DNA of 64,000 nucleotides from Euglena gracilis (lineage: Eukaryota): positions 30,322,395 to 30,386,394 of the forward strand of contig CP154954.1 in NCBI GenBank assembly GCA_039621445.1, in the 5' to 3' direction. The notes beneath the pieces were generated by a model that saw nothing but the letters and a program-made list of their open reading frames with translations, did not search any database and was not told the DNA's origin. Each line of letters begins with the position of its first letter. The stretch's first letter is position 1. Shown here piece by piece: positions 19,401 to 32,500 of this stretch. The position numbers were made by a program, and so were the translations under genes.

Positions 19401-20639
19401 ACCCGAAAACGCCCTAAAGAGGTTACCGCTTAGGCGGCTACCTACTTTTTTTGCGTTAAAGGGTTGGGGACAAGTATAAGCCCAAGGAAAATGGGGCTGG
19501 AAGGTTTTCCATTCCAGAAACCCATCCTCCCTGTTTGGGTGTGCCAAAGGCACTTGAGGTGGTATATTCTAGAACTCAGAAAAGAATTCTGGGGTGGGTG
19601 TGGAGGGGGGGGGGGGCACCTGGCCAGTCATACCTGACCAGGGAGAGAAGAACTACTTTACAGAACCAACTGCCGGAGCCAGCTTTTGCCCAGGGGAGGA
19701 AAGGGAGAGGAGTGGGGGGCTGGTCTTAGGACCGTGAAAAGGAATTTTTGCTGGCGGGCAGCCTTATTGGCCTTAGGGCCGAAAAGAAGTTGACTACTTA
19801 TTACGGTGTGCGCGCTGCACGCTGTGCGTAGTCTTACTAGCGCCGTGGCGCTTTTGTGGTTCTTCGGTCTGCACCAAGACGATGTACAGCGCCGAAGCGC
19901 TTTTGGGACTTCGCCCTTTTGGATGGGGGGGACATTCAGCCGAAGCTGGTTTTGGGACTTCGCCCTTTCAGGGGGGGGGGGGGCTTTCAGCCGAAACTGA
20001 TTTTTGGGACTGCGCCCTTCCGGGGGGGGGGGGGGGGCTTTCAGCCGTAGCTGATTGTTGGGGGGGCTTCAGCCAATTGTGTGCAAAGCGTTCAGTTTTC
20101 AGCCGAGGCTGACTTTTTGTGTAAAAAAACGCAAACCGTTTTCTGGTTTGGTTGTAGTTGTGACTAAAAAATCGAAAAAATTCGAAATTTTAGTAAAGAT
20201 TTTTTTTTAAAAAAAATTCGTCCGAAGACGATTGTAACGGTTGATTGTGATATTTGAAGATGGTTTATTTGCAACACATTGTATGAGTTTGTTAAACCCT
20301 AAAAATTTGGTGCATGTCCATGCTTTGTACGCTTTGAGCCTGTCGGTCCTTGTCGGGGGGGGGGGCAGGCAAAATGCTGTCCACGGCACTTTTTCAAACA
20401 ATATTTGTAAAAAACATTGGACAATTCGCAACGCAAAGTAATGTTGTATGTTACAGCAGTGTAGTGAGGCATAAGCCTCCACAGAAGGAAATTATAAAGA
20501 ATAAACCTCGTTCATGGATACGAGTATTGTACGTAAAGTACTTGTCCACGGCTGTCCTGCAGAGTAAGTAACAGGCAAGGATCAGCCTTTTTGTAGTATA
20601 AAAAAAACATGTGAGTTCGGGGGGGCTCTGACTTGGCAC

Positions 20640-21106
20640 TGCCGGTGGGGGGGGCTGTGGCTTCGCACATTCGGGGGGGGGGGGGGGGGTGGCTTCACAC
20701 ATTCGGTGGGCTGTGACTTCACACATTCTGGGGGGGCTGTGGCTTCGCACATTCGGGGGCGGGGGGGGGGGCTGTGGCTTCGCACATTCGGCGGGGGGGG
20801 GGGGGGGCTGTGGCTTCGCACATTCGGGGGGGGGGGGGCTGTGGCTTCGCACATTCGGTTCGGTGGGGGGGGCTGTGGCTTCGCACATTCGGTGGAGTGG
20901 GCTGTGACTTCGCACATTCGGGGGGGGTTGGTGACTTCGCACCGCACTGCCGGGGGGGGGGGGGCGGGTGACTTCGCACCGCACTGCCGGGGGGGGGGCT
21001 GGTTACTTCGCACCGCACTGCCGGGGGGGGGGGCTGGTGACTTCGCACCGCTCTGCCGGGGGGGGGGCTGGTGTCTTCGCACCACACTGCCAGGGGGGGG
21101 GGGCTG
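20640..21106. repeat. ~30-bp minisatellite (Gn-CTGTGGCTTCGCACATTC)
   Basis: Tandem units seen directly. Confidence 0.85.
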
Positions 21107-21515
21107 GTAAAAAAAATTTGCAACCGTTGTCACTTGTAGTGAAATGATGTTGAGGAAGGTCAACAAAAAAATTTGTTCGTGTAAAAGAAAACTTGCATTC
21201 GCAAAGAAAACCTGCCTTTCTGGCAATTATGGCTGTCCAGCCTCGAACACAAGCAAACTGCACACCTAGAATCAGTGTGCGCTCAGATTTCAAAGGCAGC
21301 TATGGCTGTTCAGCCTCAAAGCAAACCGCACACCTGTGAACAGTACAGGTGCAGATTTCACTGCAGTTCATTATACTGTGGTGTGTTCCTGTGTGGTGTG
21401 GTTCGGTGTGGCTGTCTGCTGCTGCTGCTGCTGCCGCCTGCTGCGTCTGCCTTCCTGCTGCGGCTGCCACTTGCCTGCTGCGGCTTTCTGTCTGCTGCGG
21501 CGGTTTGCCTGCTGT

Positions 21516-21820
<305 letters not shown>

Positions 21821-22379
21821 TCTTCATCTTCATGTATTCATCAAATTGTAGGACTTGGTTCAGTGTTTTAGCGCAATTTTGGACACCTCCTTCGATGTGT
21901 CGAAATTGCTGTTGTAGTGGGTGGTTCTCCGGTAAATTTGCGACTACGTGCTCAACGGTATTACTGGAGAACTCATCCCGGTCTTCCTCGGAGTCACTGT
22001 CCATGGGAACAATGACACCGGCAGTGTCCGGGACCACCAACCGCATTTCAGCGGACCAAGGTAAAGCTGGGATTTCTCCCAATTGTGGAGGGGGGGCAAG
22101 TCCTTAATGGGGCTTACCGGTGGTAGGGCCGGGGGGGGGGGTTGGAAAAAAAAGGCGTTTCCAACCCGTCCTCGTAAGGTGGGGACTCTGCTGGCAATTG
22201 GGTGCCAAAAGGCACTAATTGCCAACCCCGTTCGGGCATTCTGCCCACTTGTGAGTCAGACTCCGCGGAAGCGGAGGAGGTCCGTAGACCCATTGTAGGG
22301 TTATGTTGTACCGCAAATGCGGCGATTCGTAAGGTTGTGTCCGCGAATGCGGGTTGGGTCCGTGGACCCTTGGAGGTGG

Positions 22380-23010
22380 GGTGCACCGCTTGGGTCCGAA
22401 GACCCTTGGAGGGGGGGGGGCACCGCCGAAGCGGCTTATTGTAGGGGGGGACACCGCTAAAGCGGTTTGGGTTCGAAAACCCAGTTGTGAGGGGGGTACC
22501 GCCGAAGCGGCTTGGGCGTCCGCCCCTTGTAAGGAAAAATTTTCCACCGCAGAAGCGGCTCGGGCATCCGCCCCTTGTGAATAAAAATTTTCTGTCGCAA
22601 AAGCGACTTGGGCGTCCGCCCCTTGTGTATAAAAATTTTCTGTCGCGTTAGCGACTTGGGCGTCCGCCCCTTGTGGATAAAAATTTTCTGTCGCGTTAGC
22701 GACTTGGGCGTCCGCCCCTTGTGGATCCGTTTCGGGGGGGGTTGGTTCGGAAAACCCGTTGTAGGGGGGGTTGGAGTCCGAAAACCCGTTGCAGGGGGGG
22801 ATTGGGTCCGAAAACCAGTTGTAGGGGGGGTTGGGGTCCGAAAACCTGTTGTAGGGGGGGTTGGGGTCCGAAAACCCGTTGTAGGGGGGGATTGGGTCCT
22901 AAAACCCGTTGTAGGGGGGATTGGGGTCCGAAAACCCATTGTAAGGGGGGGATCCGCCGAAGCGGCTTGTACACCCGTCCCCTTTGTAAAATTGTTCACC
23001 GCCGAAGCGG
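22380..23010. repeat. 30-bp and 42-bp tandem repeats in the LTR element leader
   Basis: GTAGGGGGG(A/G)TTGGGTCCGAAAACCC and GCGACTTGGGCGTCCGCCCCTTGT units. Confidence 0.85.
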
Positions 23011-23994
23011 TTTTGTCTGCATTCTGCATTTTTCGGAGTGAACCTAATCACAATGCATAGTTAATAGGTGCATTCCAGTTGGGAGTTGTACTCTGCATAT
23101 TTTGGGGAACAAAATGTGAAAATTGACACAAAAACCCAAAAATGTAAGCAAAGGTGGGGAGATTAGGGGATTTTTGTGCGGCCGTAGCTGCTTGTGCCAC
23201 CTGGGACTCCTCGCCCGTGCGTACGAGCTGGCGCTCAGCTGAAAATTTGTGGGGGGGGTCGTAAGACCGTTTACCTAATCTGCTACCAAGTGTACGTCCC
23301 GCCCTTTTCTTTCGCTTTTCCCTTTTCCCCGAAAAGGCGCGGGAGTAACAAAATATAAAACTTATAAACCCTTTGTCCCCTTTATGCAGAGCACAAGGCA
23401 AAGGGAGAGAAGGTTTTGTTTTGGGACCCGAGTCCCTTTTCTGTTGTTCTTGTTGACCTCTTCGGGTCTTGATAAAGAGAACAAAAATAATTGTAAAGAT
23501 TGGGGTCTTCGCCCCTCAAAGGAAAACCTACTTACAAAACCAACCCAATAAAACCTCAAGCTAAGTAGGAACCGAGTGTTTCTTATTCTGCAAGAGAATT
23601 CCCTAACTGGGACGTCATCACCAGTTAGCGCAGAATCACATAGCACTGTGTGCAGCTGGCCAAAGGCCAGTTAACAGGCATTCGCCCTTTGTAGCACACA
23701 ATGCCATGGCATCATGGCTGCCTGGGACACAATCAGCCCTTGAGGTGGAGGCCCAAGATTAGCCGTAGCAGTCCCCCCCATAAGATAATCAGACCACCCC
23801 TCCCGGCCATTTATGTACCACCCCACTGCAGACACAGACTTTCTCCCCTCTTTCAAAACAGGGGGAAAGCCTGGCCTTGAGCAGCCCTATAGCAGGGCCA
23901 GATGTGACCCCAGTGATGGGGCAGCCAGGGGGAAGGACCCCAGTGATGGGGCTGTTGAATCCACAGAAACATTACACCCAGGGGTGCCCCCCTA

Positions 23995-25918
23995 TGTAGG
24001 GGGTGTGGGCCTCACCACTTGTAGGGGGTGTGGGCCTCACCACTCCCACAACCCCCTGGCGGCTGGCCCTTGGCGCCTGCAGGCCCTGCCACTGGCTGGG
24101 ATCCATCAATTCACCCAGGGGGCCTGGCACCCACCTGGGACTTTCCTTGGAACTTTTCATGGTAATCCCACTTCCCAATTCCCAGCGCTGGCACAAATCA
24201 AGATACTTCCCAGAACTGAACAACCAAAGTCAAACTGAACATGCTGCTTGCCACTGTAAACACAAACACAGACAGAATTTTGTGTAATTCCTAATTCCTC
24301 AGCTGGAATCTTAATCTCTTTCCCAGCGCCCACACTCCCCTCCTTAAAAAGCTGCCCCGGGCAGCTAAACCTGCCTTCGGCAAAAAGGCGCTGGGATTTT
24401 TTTTTTTTTTTTTCGTTCACGAACACAATCTTGAATCTTTCTTTCTGTCTGTCTGTTTTATTTTTTTTTCTCTGTGGGGCGGGGCGGGGGTCGAAGGCCG
24501 ACCCTTAGGGGGGTCGGTCTCCTACAGCAGCAGGGGGGAGCAGCAGGCACCCGCACCGCCTTGGGCCGTTCTGGCGGGGGTTTCCCCCCAGAACAGCCCA
24601 AAGATACCCCTTGGGCCGTCATCTCTGGAATTTTTTTCTCGTTTTTCCCCTCTTTTTTGCCCTTTTTTGCCCGTCCAGAGATGGGGGTCCAGGGGCTGGT
24701 GGGGGTCCTGGGGAGGGGGCTCGCAGGTGCAGCGGGAGGGGGTTACCGCGGGGAGGGCTTCGGCCACAGGCCTGGGAGGGGGGCCCAGCCCACGCCGTCC
24801 CGGCGGGCTTCGGCCACAACGCCTGAGGGCTTCGGCCCAGGCATACGGGAGGGGGACCCAGCCCACACCATCCCGGCGGGCTTCGGCCACAGCTGGTGAG
24901 GGCTTCGGCCCAGGGCATGCGGGAGGGGGACCCAGCCCACACCATCCCAGGCAGGGCTTCGGCCTCAGCCCCTCGGGGCCTCCTTCGCCTTCTGTCGGCG
25001 CTCCTTCCTTCTCCTTCCTCTTGACTTCTCCGGCGAGCCTCCGCCCTCTCCATGCCCCACTGGGGCATCCTGCATCTCGCTTCCTGCATCACCATCTCCA
25101 GCATGCACCTCTCGAACATCTCCTTCCACAGCATTCACATCTCTGGCATTCCGGTCTTTGGCATTCACATCTCTGACATCTCCTTCCTTGGCATTCCCAT
25201 CTCTGGCATTGCAATCCTTGGCATTCCCATCTCTGGCATTGCAATCCTTGGCATTCACATCTCTGGCATTGCAATCCTTGGCATTCCCATCTCTGGCATT
25301 GCAATCCCTGGCATTCCCGTCTCTGGCATTGCAATCCTTGACATTCACCAGCCTGGCATCAGAGGCCACCCTGCCATGGGCCCTGAGCCTGCCAGCAGCA
25401 GCTGCTGCTGCACGACTGGCACACCACGAACAGCAACAATGTGCATCAAAACTTGAATAATACTCCATCAGGTTGATGTTCACTCCTGCACTCCAGGCAT
25501 TCTTGATGATCTCCTGCAGGCACATGCCATGCCTGATCCCGGCATGGCGGACAGCCGCCACGTGGCTGGTAGGCATGTTGTTTGACTGGCAGTGTTCAGT
25601 TTGTGTAGGGGGTGTGGGCCTCACCACTCCCACAACCCCCTGGCGGCTGGCCCTTGGCGCCTGCAGGCCCTGCCACTGGCTGGGATCCATCAATTCACCC
25701 AGGGGGCCTGGCACCCACCTGGGACTTTCCTTGGAACTTTTCATGGTAATCCCACTTCCCAATTCCCAGCGCTGGCACAAATCAAGATACTTCCCAGAAC
25801 TGAACAACCAAAGTCAAACTGAACATGCTGCTTGCCACTGTAAACACAAACACAGACAGAATTTTGTGTAATTCCTAATTCCTCAGCTGGAATCTTAATC
25901 TCTTTCCCAGCGCCCACA
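23995..25918 (-). mobile_element. Small non-autonomous LTR element (TRIM-like), ~315-bp LTRs, putative self-priming
   Basis: LTRs 23995/24020-24334 and 25604-25918 with TG...CA ends; 4-bp TSD CCTA; minus-strand PPT AAGGAGGGGAG; internal 30-bp repeats at 25130-25345. Confidence 0.88.
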
Positions 25919-25922
25919 CCTA

Positions 25923-28580
25923 CAGAGCCCTGCAAGCCAGCATTCCCCATTGGGTCAAGGCAGGAGCCTGCACGGAGGTATTAAACCTGATAAGGGAAGG
26001 GGTTATGGCAGATATTCCCCTCTCCCCTCCGATGCCCTTAAAAGTTCCCTTCAAAACTCCTCAAGAAGTAATGACTGCCCAGAAAATTCTGAGAGAATAG
26101 GAATGTGCAGGGGCAACCAAGCAAATCCCCCCAGAGGATGCAAAACATTTTGTCCCTTATTTATCATTTCCAAAAAAGAAGGGGAAAAGTGCGTACCAGG
26201 CAGCATGAACACCGCGCATAGCAGCAGTCTGCAGAATGTACAATGTCATGCTAGATAGTACTATTCCATGTTCTGCAACACAAATTGCAGAATTAGGAAT
26301 AGCCTATCCTATCTCGGATCTGCCTCCCCTTTCACAGGTGGTATTGTTATTTTGTTTCACATTTCATTGGCCCAAAAGGGCAAACCAAGATTTGAAGGTT
26401 TGAACTCCGCTAGGAGAACACAACTGGAACTGAAGTTCCGAAATCCCAACTGGTTTGCCTTGTGCTCTGCATAAGCCCAAAGGCAATAAAAACTAATAGT
26501 TAAGTGAAATACTTTCTTTTTTGTTACTCTCCTTGTTCTGTTCCCACGGGAGGGTGTAAGTAGGCCGACAGGCAGTGGGAAGTAGAGTCAGGGGACGTAC
26601 ACTAAAAGACAAAGGAAAGACTAATTTCACATTGTCGACAGTTAAATATCCATTTCACCCCCAAGAAGTTCAGATTGGAACACATGGGAAACATCTTCCC
26701 ATACTTAAGAAAAGGTTGGTTCTGTGGAACAATAGGTCTGAAAGATGCTTATTTCCACTTAAAACTGCACAGCAGCCTGGAAAAACACGTTTGCATGCAA
26801 GTGGGGAGGAAACATGGCAATTTCAAGCTGCATGCCACAGAAGTTTATGACTCTCATGAGAGTCTGGGAAAGAAAATGGAGAAAGGAAGGAAAGGAAGTT
26901 TTCATCTACCTGGACGACATTATACTTTTAGCCCCCAGCAAAAATAAAGCAGCCCAAGATTTGGCAAAATGAAAAGGACCTTATTCTGGCAGGTTTCAGA
27001 TTAAACCTCCCCAAATCCTCTCTGGAACCCACACAGGAGATAAAACATTTGAGCCAGTGTATCAACTTGAAAAAAGGACAAAAGGAAATTCCTCAGGAGA
27101 AACTAAAATCCTTGAGAAAGGAGCCAGGCAAAGTGCTCAGAGCACAAAAAAATGAGCTGCAGAAAACTCAGTTCCATTGGGGCAAGTCAGAAGCTATTTA
27201 GTCTCAACGCCATTTCTAAGAATTCTGACAGATCAACTTTGCAAAATGGTGGAGCTACACACCAAGTGGGGTTGGGACCACACCCACAAGGGGTCAAGGA
27301 TCAGATTGTGGAACTAAAAGAATTTTTAAAGCCCGGTGTGGGCAAGTCATTTCAATCACAAGAACTGTTCTCAGACAGCAGCACCTGGCAGTGGGGGGGG
27401 GGGCTGGACAAAAACTCAGGTCAAAAGGTCCAAGATTTCTGGAGGGACCTGCATGTCCGTCACATCAATCAAAAAGAATTGATGTCTGCAGTGGAAACTG
27501 TAAAGGCTTTGGCAAAACCGAAACAAACAATTGTTCTTCATGTGGACAGCAAGGTGGCAGTGAGTCATTTAACAAAATGGGGAAGAAAAAAAAGCAATAC
27601 CTATATTACATCCTGAAACCCCTTCTGTACCATTGCGAATAAAAGCAAATAAACTTGCAGGTGGTTTGGGTTCCCACCCAGGAGCAATTGGCAGACTCCC
27701 TGACCGGGCAGCAAAAAGATCCAGGGGATTATACCCTAAACATTAGCATTTTTCACCGGATTCTGGAATTTTTCAATAAGACATCACCACAGAGGTGGAC
27801 ATTTTTTGCACACCCAGCAACAAAAAAAAATACGCAAGTTTATTTGCCCATACCCCCACCAAGGGGCTTTGTTGGCGGATGCTCTGAAGACAGATTTAAG
27901 GGGTCTCTCCACAGTTTATGCAAACCCTCCCTGGAGCATCGGGTTCAGAGATTAATGTTCAACCCAGACCTGATTTTTCTGTTGATCGTACCCCACTGGG
28001 CTTCGACATCATGGTGGCGCCAATTAATGTCAATCAGGCAGCCATGCAGCAAAGTTTTGCTGGTACCCCCCCCAGTGGGGACTCTTCACCAACTGCTGGG
28101 GGGAGGATATAGCCCCCCCAACGTGGAATTTGGCCTGCTTGATTATGTCAGACAAATACTACAATCCCAGGAAGTTTCAATGTCCAGTATCGACACTTAC
28201 ATAAACAATTTGCGAAACGTCAACAGATAGGACTCAGCCGTGAGGGCATTGGTGGACCGATTGTTGAACAAAGGGTTGCCTCTGCGGCACTGCACAATCC
28301 ACAGGATGGCTGAGGCCATCCTTGATCTTGCTGTTCACAGCCTCAACACTGCACGAAATGCATATGCAGCAGCATTGTTACTCCCAGAGTTTGGGTTATT
28401 GAGGTATTCCCCTCTTTTTTCTCCATAGAAAGGAAAATGGAATTACAATGTCTTCAAGCATGCCCATTTTTGAGACCCCACTGATCTCCTGGAGAACATC
28501 ATCAGAAATTCAAAACCCCTCTTGGAACTATCTGTGAAAGAGCTCAGAAGCAGACTCATCCTTTGTTGGAGGCTTTTGGC
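25923..28580 (+). mobile_element. Decayed DIRS-type retrotransposon (RT, RNase H, Dam-like MT, start of tyrosine recombinase)
   Basis: LKDAYFH, FIYLDDII (~26902), FSDSS..WGG, HINQKEL, LHVDSKVAV, QLADSL, VYANPPW (27914-27934); many frameshifts; 5' part probably at 23737-23994, split off by the TRIM. Confidence 0.85.
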
Positions 28581-28581
28581 C

Positions 28582-29522
28582 CGCGATTTCCGCGATTCAG
28601 ATCGCGATTTTCACGCACCTGAAAAATTTTTCGTGTAAGTGAAAAAAAAATTGCGGGAAATGCGACGGAAAGCGTGCTTTTCACGATTCCACTCGCAATT
28701 TCCGCAATTCAGATCACGTTTTTCGCGAATCTGAAAATTTTTTCGTGTAAGTGAAAAGTTTTTCGCGGGAAATGCGACGGAAATCATGCTTTTCACGATT
28801 CCGCTCGCGACTTCCGCGATTCAGATCGAGATTTTCGTGAACCTGAAAAAAAATTGTGAAAATGAAAGAAATTTAACCGGAAATGCGACGGAAATTGTGC
28901 TTTTCACGATTCCGCTCGCGATTTCCGCAATTCAATTCGCGATTTTGGCGAACCTAAAATTTTTTTTGTGCAAGTGACAAGTTTGTCGCGGAAAATGCGA
29001 CGGAAAACGTGCTTTTCAGGATTGCGCTCGCAATTTCCGCGATTCAGATCACGATTTTCACGAATCTGAAAATTTTTTCGTGAAAGTGAGAAATTTTTCA
29101 CGGGAAATGCGACGGAAAACGTGCTTTTCACGATTCTGCTCGCAATTTCAGGCGATTCAGATCGCGATTTTCGCGAATCTGAAAATTTTTTCGTGAAAGT
29201 GAAAATTTTTTCGCGGGAAATGCGACGGAGAACGTGCTTTTCACGATTCAGCTCGCGACTTCCGCGATTCAGATCGTGATTTTCGTGAATCTGAAACGTT
29301 TTTCGTGAAAATGAAACATTTTTAACCGGAAATGCGACAGAAATCGTGCATTTCACGATTCCGTACGCGATTTCCGCGATTCAGATCACGATTTTTGCGA
29401 ATTTGAAAATTTTTTCGTGAAAGTGAATTTTTTTTGCGGGAAATGCGACAGAAATCGTGCTTTTCACGGCGACTTGCGTGATTCAGATCACGATTTTTGC
29501 AAATCTAAAAAAATTTTCGTGA
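28582..29522. repeat. ~112-bp tandem satellite, ~8 copies
   Basis: Unit CGCGATTTCCGCGATTCAGATC...GGAAATGCGACGGAAA..GCTTTTCACGATTC. Confidence 0.92.
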
Positions 29523-29539
29523 CTTTGGCATTTGTGACC

Positions 29540-32500
29540 CACCACCGCGTTTTGCAGGCTTGAAGCTTGGATATCCGTTTCGGGTTGTGTGGTTAGTGTT
29601 GGCTTTTTTTTACTTAACTTGCAGAACCTTGGTCTGGTTGTGTGGTGCTTCTCCCACGGGACACACATTGGAGGGAAGTGGTGTGGTGTTGCAGGCGTGC
29701 GTGATTGTGGGTGTGAGAGGCATTAGCCGTGGAGTCATGTACAGGTGTGTCTGATTCAACACAACTGGTCAGTAACGGAGTTGTTGTGTGGCTGGGCGAC
29801 TACTAGACACCGTTAAAACTTCGGATCCTTGAGCTTTCGTCTTGTAACCCAGTGGAACGAGAGGGGTACCGCTACTCGCGTGCCCTGCCTCGTGTGGAAC
29901 GCATGTTGGTGTGTGTTGGGCAGGGGGTCCGACTTTGTCGGTACACCCGGTGTGGGAAACGTTGTTGGTGTGGTTGGTAACGGTGTTGCCGTGGTGGATA
30001 ACGGAGTTGGAAAAGTGTTGGCCGTCCTGGTGGACGCCAGCGGTGAGGTGGTGTTGGAGGCGGTGAACAGTGGAGTGGTGTGTGCCAACCATTTGAGTGG
30101 CTTTCCACTACCAGACGGTACAGCCATAAAATGGGGTATCCACAATTTACGTCACAATTTGATTGTTAACCACTGAAATGTTGGATTTTTTGGGGGAGTG
30201 ATTTTTGGGGCTGATGGGCAGGGGTTCCCCCAGCACACATCCCCAGTCACCGCATAGTTTGTGGTTACTATGTGTGAATTTTGAGGGAAGTGGTGTGGGG
30301 GGGGGGCGTTTTCTGGGTACATACCACAGGCGGATGGGCAGGTGGTGCGGGAGTGGTCAAGTCCCACCTCCAGCTGTTCATCTGCCCAGGGTCTGTGCTT
30401 GATATATACCAACCCTCTTGATAAGAACCGGCCGCATACCCAGTACATCGCTTGGTGGAATATATGGAATTCAGTTTGCGGAACGTCCTGTGGGCCTCGT
30501 TGAATTCCTTGTCCGAGGTCTCATCCCCCTTCCTGTCCGAAGCCGGGGTGTCCTTATCCTTATATCTCAAAACAAGATATCTTGAAGCCCACTTTTTGCC
30601 GGTTGGAGGAGTAACCACGGTCCTCGCGGCGCTTACCGCGATTTCCGTAGCCGGGCCGGGGGGAACGAGATCTGGGACACTTGGATGAGTGGTGGTCCTT
30701 TGAACCGCACAGTGAACAACGTGGTTTGTGGTGGGATTCGGTGTTACCGGGAGAACGGTATTCTGCTCTACCGTCATACCGTCGTGGTGAGCAGGTTTCC
30801 CGTCGACCATGACTGGTGTGCCGGTGTTTTCCTGGTGACTCGCGCGAAAAGGATGATCCACTTCGCGAACGAGATCGTGAAGTATCGTGACTGAAATCAC
30901 GTTTCCTGGTAGGGGTACCAGGTGTACGACCGCGAGAGGTACGGGTTTCCCGACCATAACGCGACGGTGACTTGGGCCTACTTCCACTAAAATGGTTCTC
31001 CGAAGACCGTGAAGCGCCCGATTGACGTGGAAACCCCGAGGAACCCGCTTCTCGTGAGGAGATTGAGCCCTTAGGACTTTGAATACGCTTTCGCGCATCG
31101 GGATTCGGGCATTCCCGAGACATGTGACCAGATTTGTTGCACAAAAAGCACAGTTCATCCGTGCCTTTGTCCGAAGAACGCTGATTCCACGTCGTCTTGG
31201 ATCCCGTGGTGGGTTACCATGGTGACGTCGGTGATTTCTGCAACGCACTTACTGCACCCGCAGGGATTCCCGCGGTGGGATGCGTTTGGAAAGCGGACTG
31301 AATTTGTCCCAAACTTGTGTGAGCTTGAGTTGCTTTGACACATAATTCCAACGTTCTGCAAGAGTCATCTCATGCCCCGCCAACTCCTCGCGATGGATAT
31401 CCTTCACGACGGATGGTGTAAAATGCATCAAAACCGCGTCGAATTGTTCACGCATTTGCTTCTCACAAAGTTCATCAACTTCAGAAGCAAGTTCCAGCCA
31501 TTTGGCACACCAAAGATCAATGGATTTCCATTTTCGATCCGGGGGCGCACATTGTCGCCGTTTGTTTTCCAGGGTAATCCTGGATACCAAACTTGAGTTG
31601 GTTGAAGCGTATTGCTCAACCAGGTCATCAAATGATACGCGATTACGTATCACAAAGTGACGTGTGCGTTCTCTCTCCTCCCTTGGTAGGCAATCGATGA
31701 AGTCCATCTTGACTACCTCGGGGTTCGAGTCTTGGGTGGGCCCCTTGACTGCCCAATAATACTCCCAGTCCCGAAAAAATTGTCTCCAGTTGGTTGGTTC
31801 CCCGTCCCATTGGGGTTTCACCTTATTCGCGATTGCGATGGTGCCCAGGAAAATTTTCTGAGTAACCCGTTGACCCTCGGTGGCATTCAGGTGGTTTGGT
31901 CCGGGTAATTCCTAACACCAAACACATTTCTTAGCAGCTTTTCCGCTCCAAGTGCGACCTGTGCAGGATTTCCTGCACCAAGTGTAAGGTTGGCAGGATT
32001 TTCCTGCGGTAAATGCGAAAAATGTGGTGAAATTCTCCGGGTGGGGCGGAATTCCCGCCGAAAACCTGATGGGTCATCTGGGATTCCAGAACCCGATGGT
32101 GGCTGGTAGAATCGTGAATGCGACACATGACCAACACCAGGTGTAGGGTGTTGGCTCATTCCTCGCACAAGGTTGGAATGTTGAATTTGTTGGTGGAAAC
32201 TCGAATTTTCGAGCAGGGTACCAATTTCCGCATCAAAAATGTCGTCCGAAAAGTGGGTTGGTGGTGTGGGCAAATGCAAAGGTGGTACAATTCGCTTTTC
32301 CGCGGGTGGTTGTACCAAGTTTGCGGTGGATGTAGGGATTCCTACTCCAGAAACGGTAATTTGAGAACGCGATTCCGGGACATTTGGAATACCAACCGCA
32401 GCACTTACCGCGGTGGGTGGTTGCACAACCGGTGCCGGAGTGGACATTTTATCCAAACTCGCGAACAAGTCATGCACCGTTTCTTCCAAATGTTCCACCA

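Noticed and set aside
28582-29522. CRISPR array
   Set aside because: Whole units repeat with no unique spacers; no cas genes; eukaryotic context
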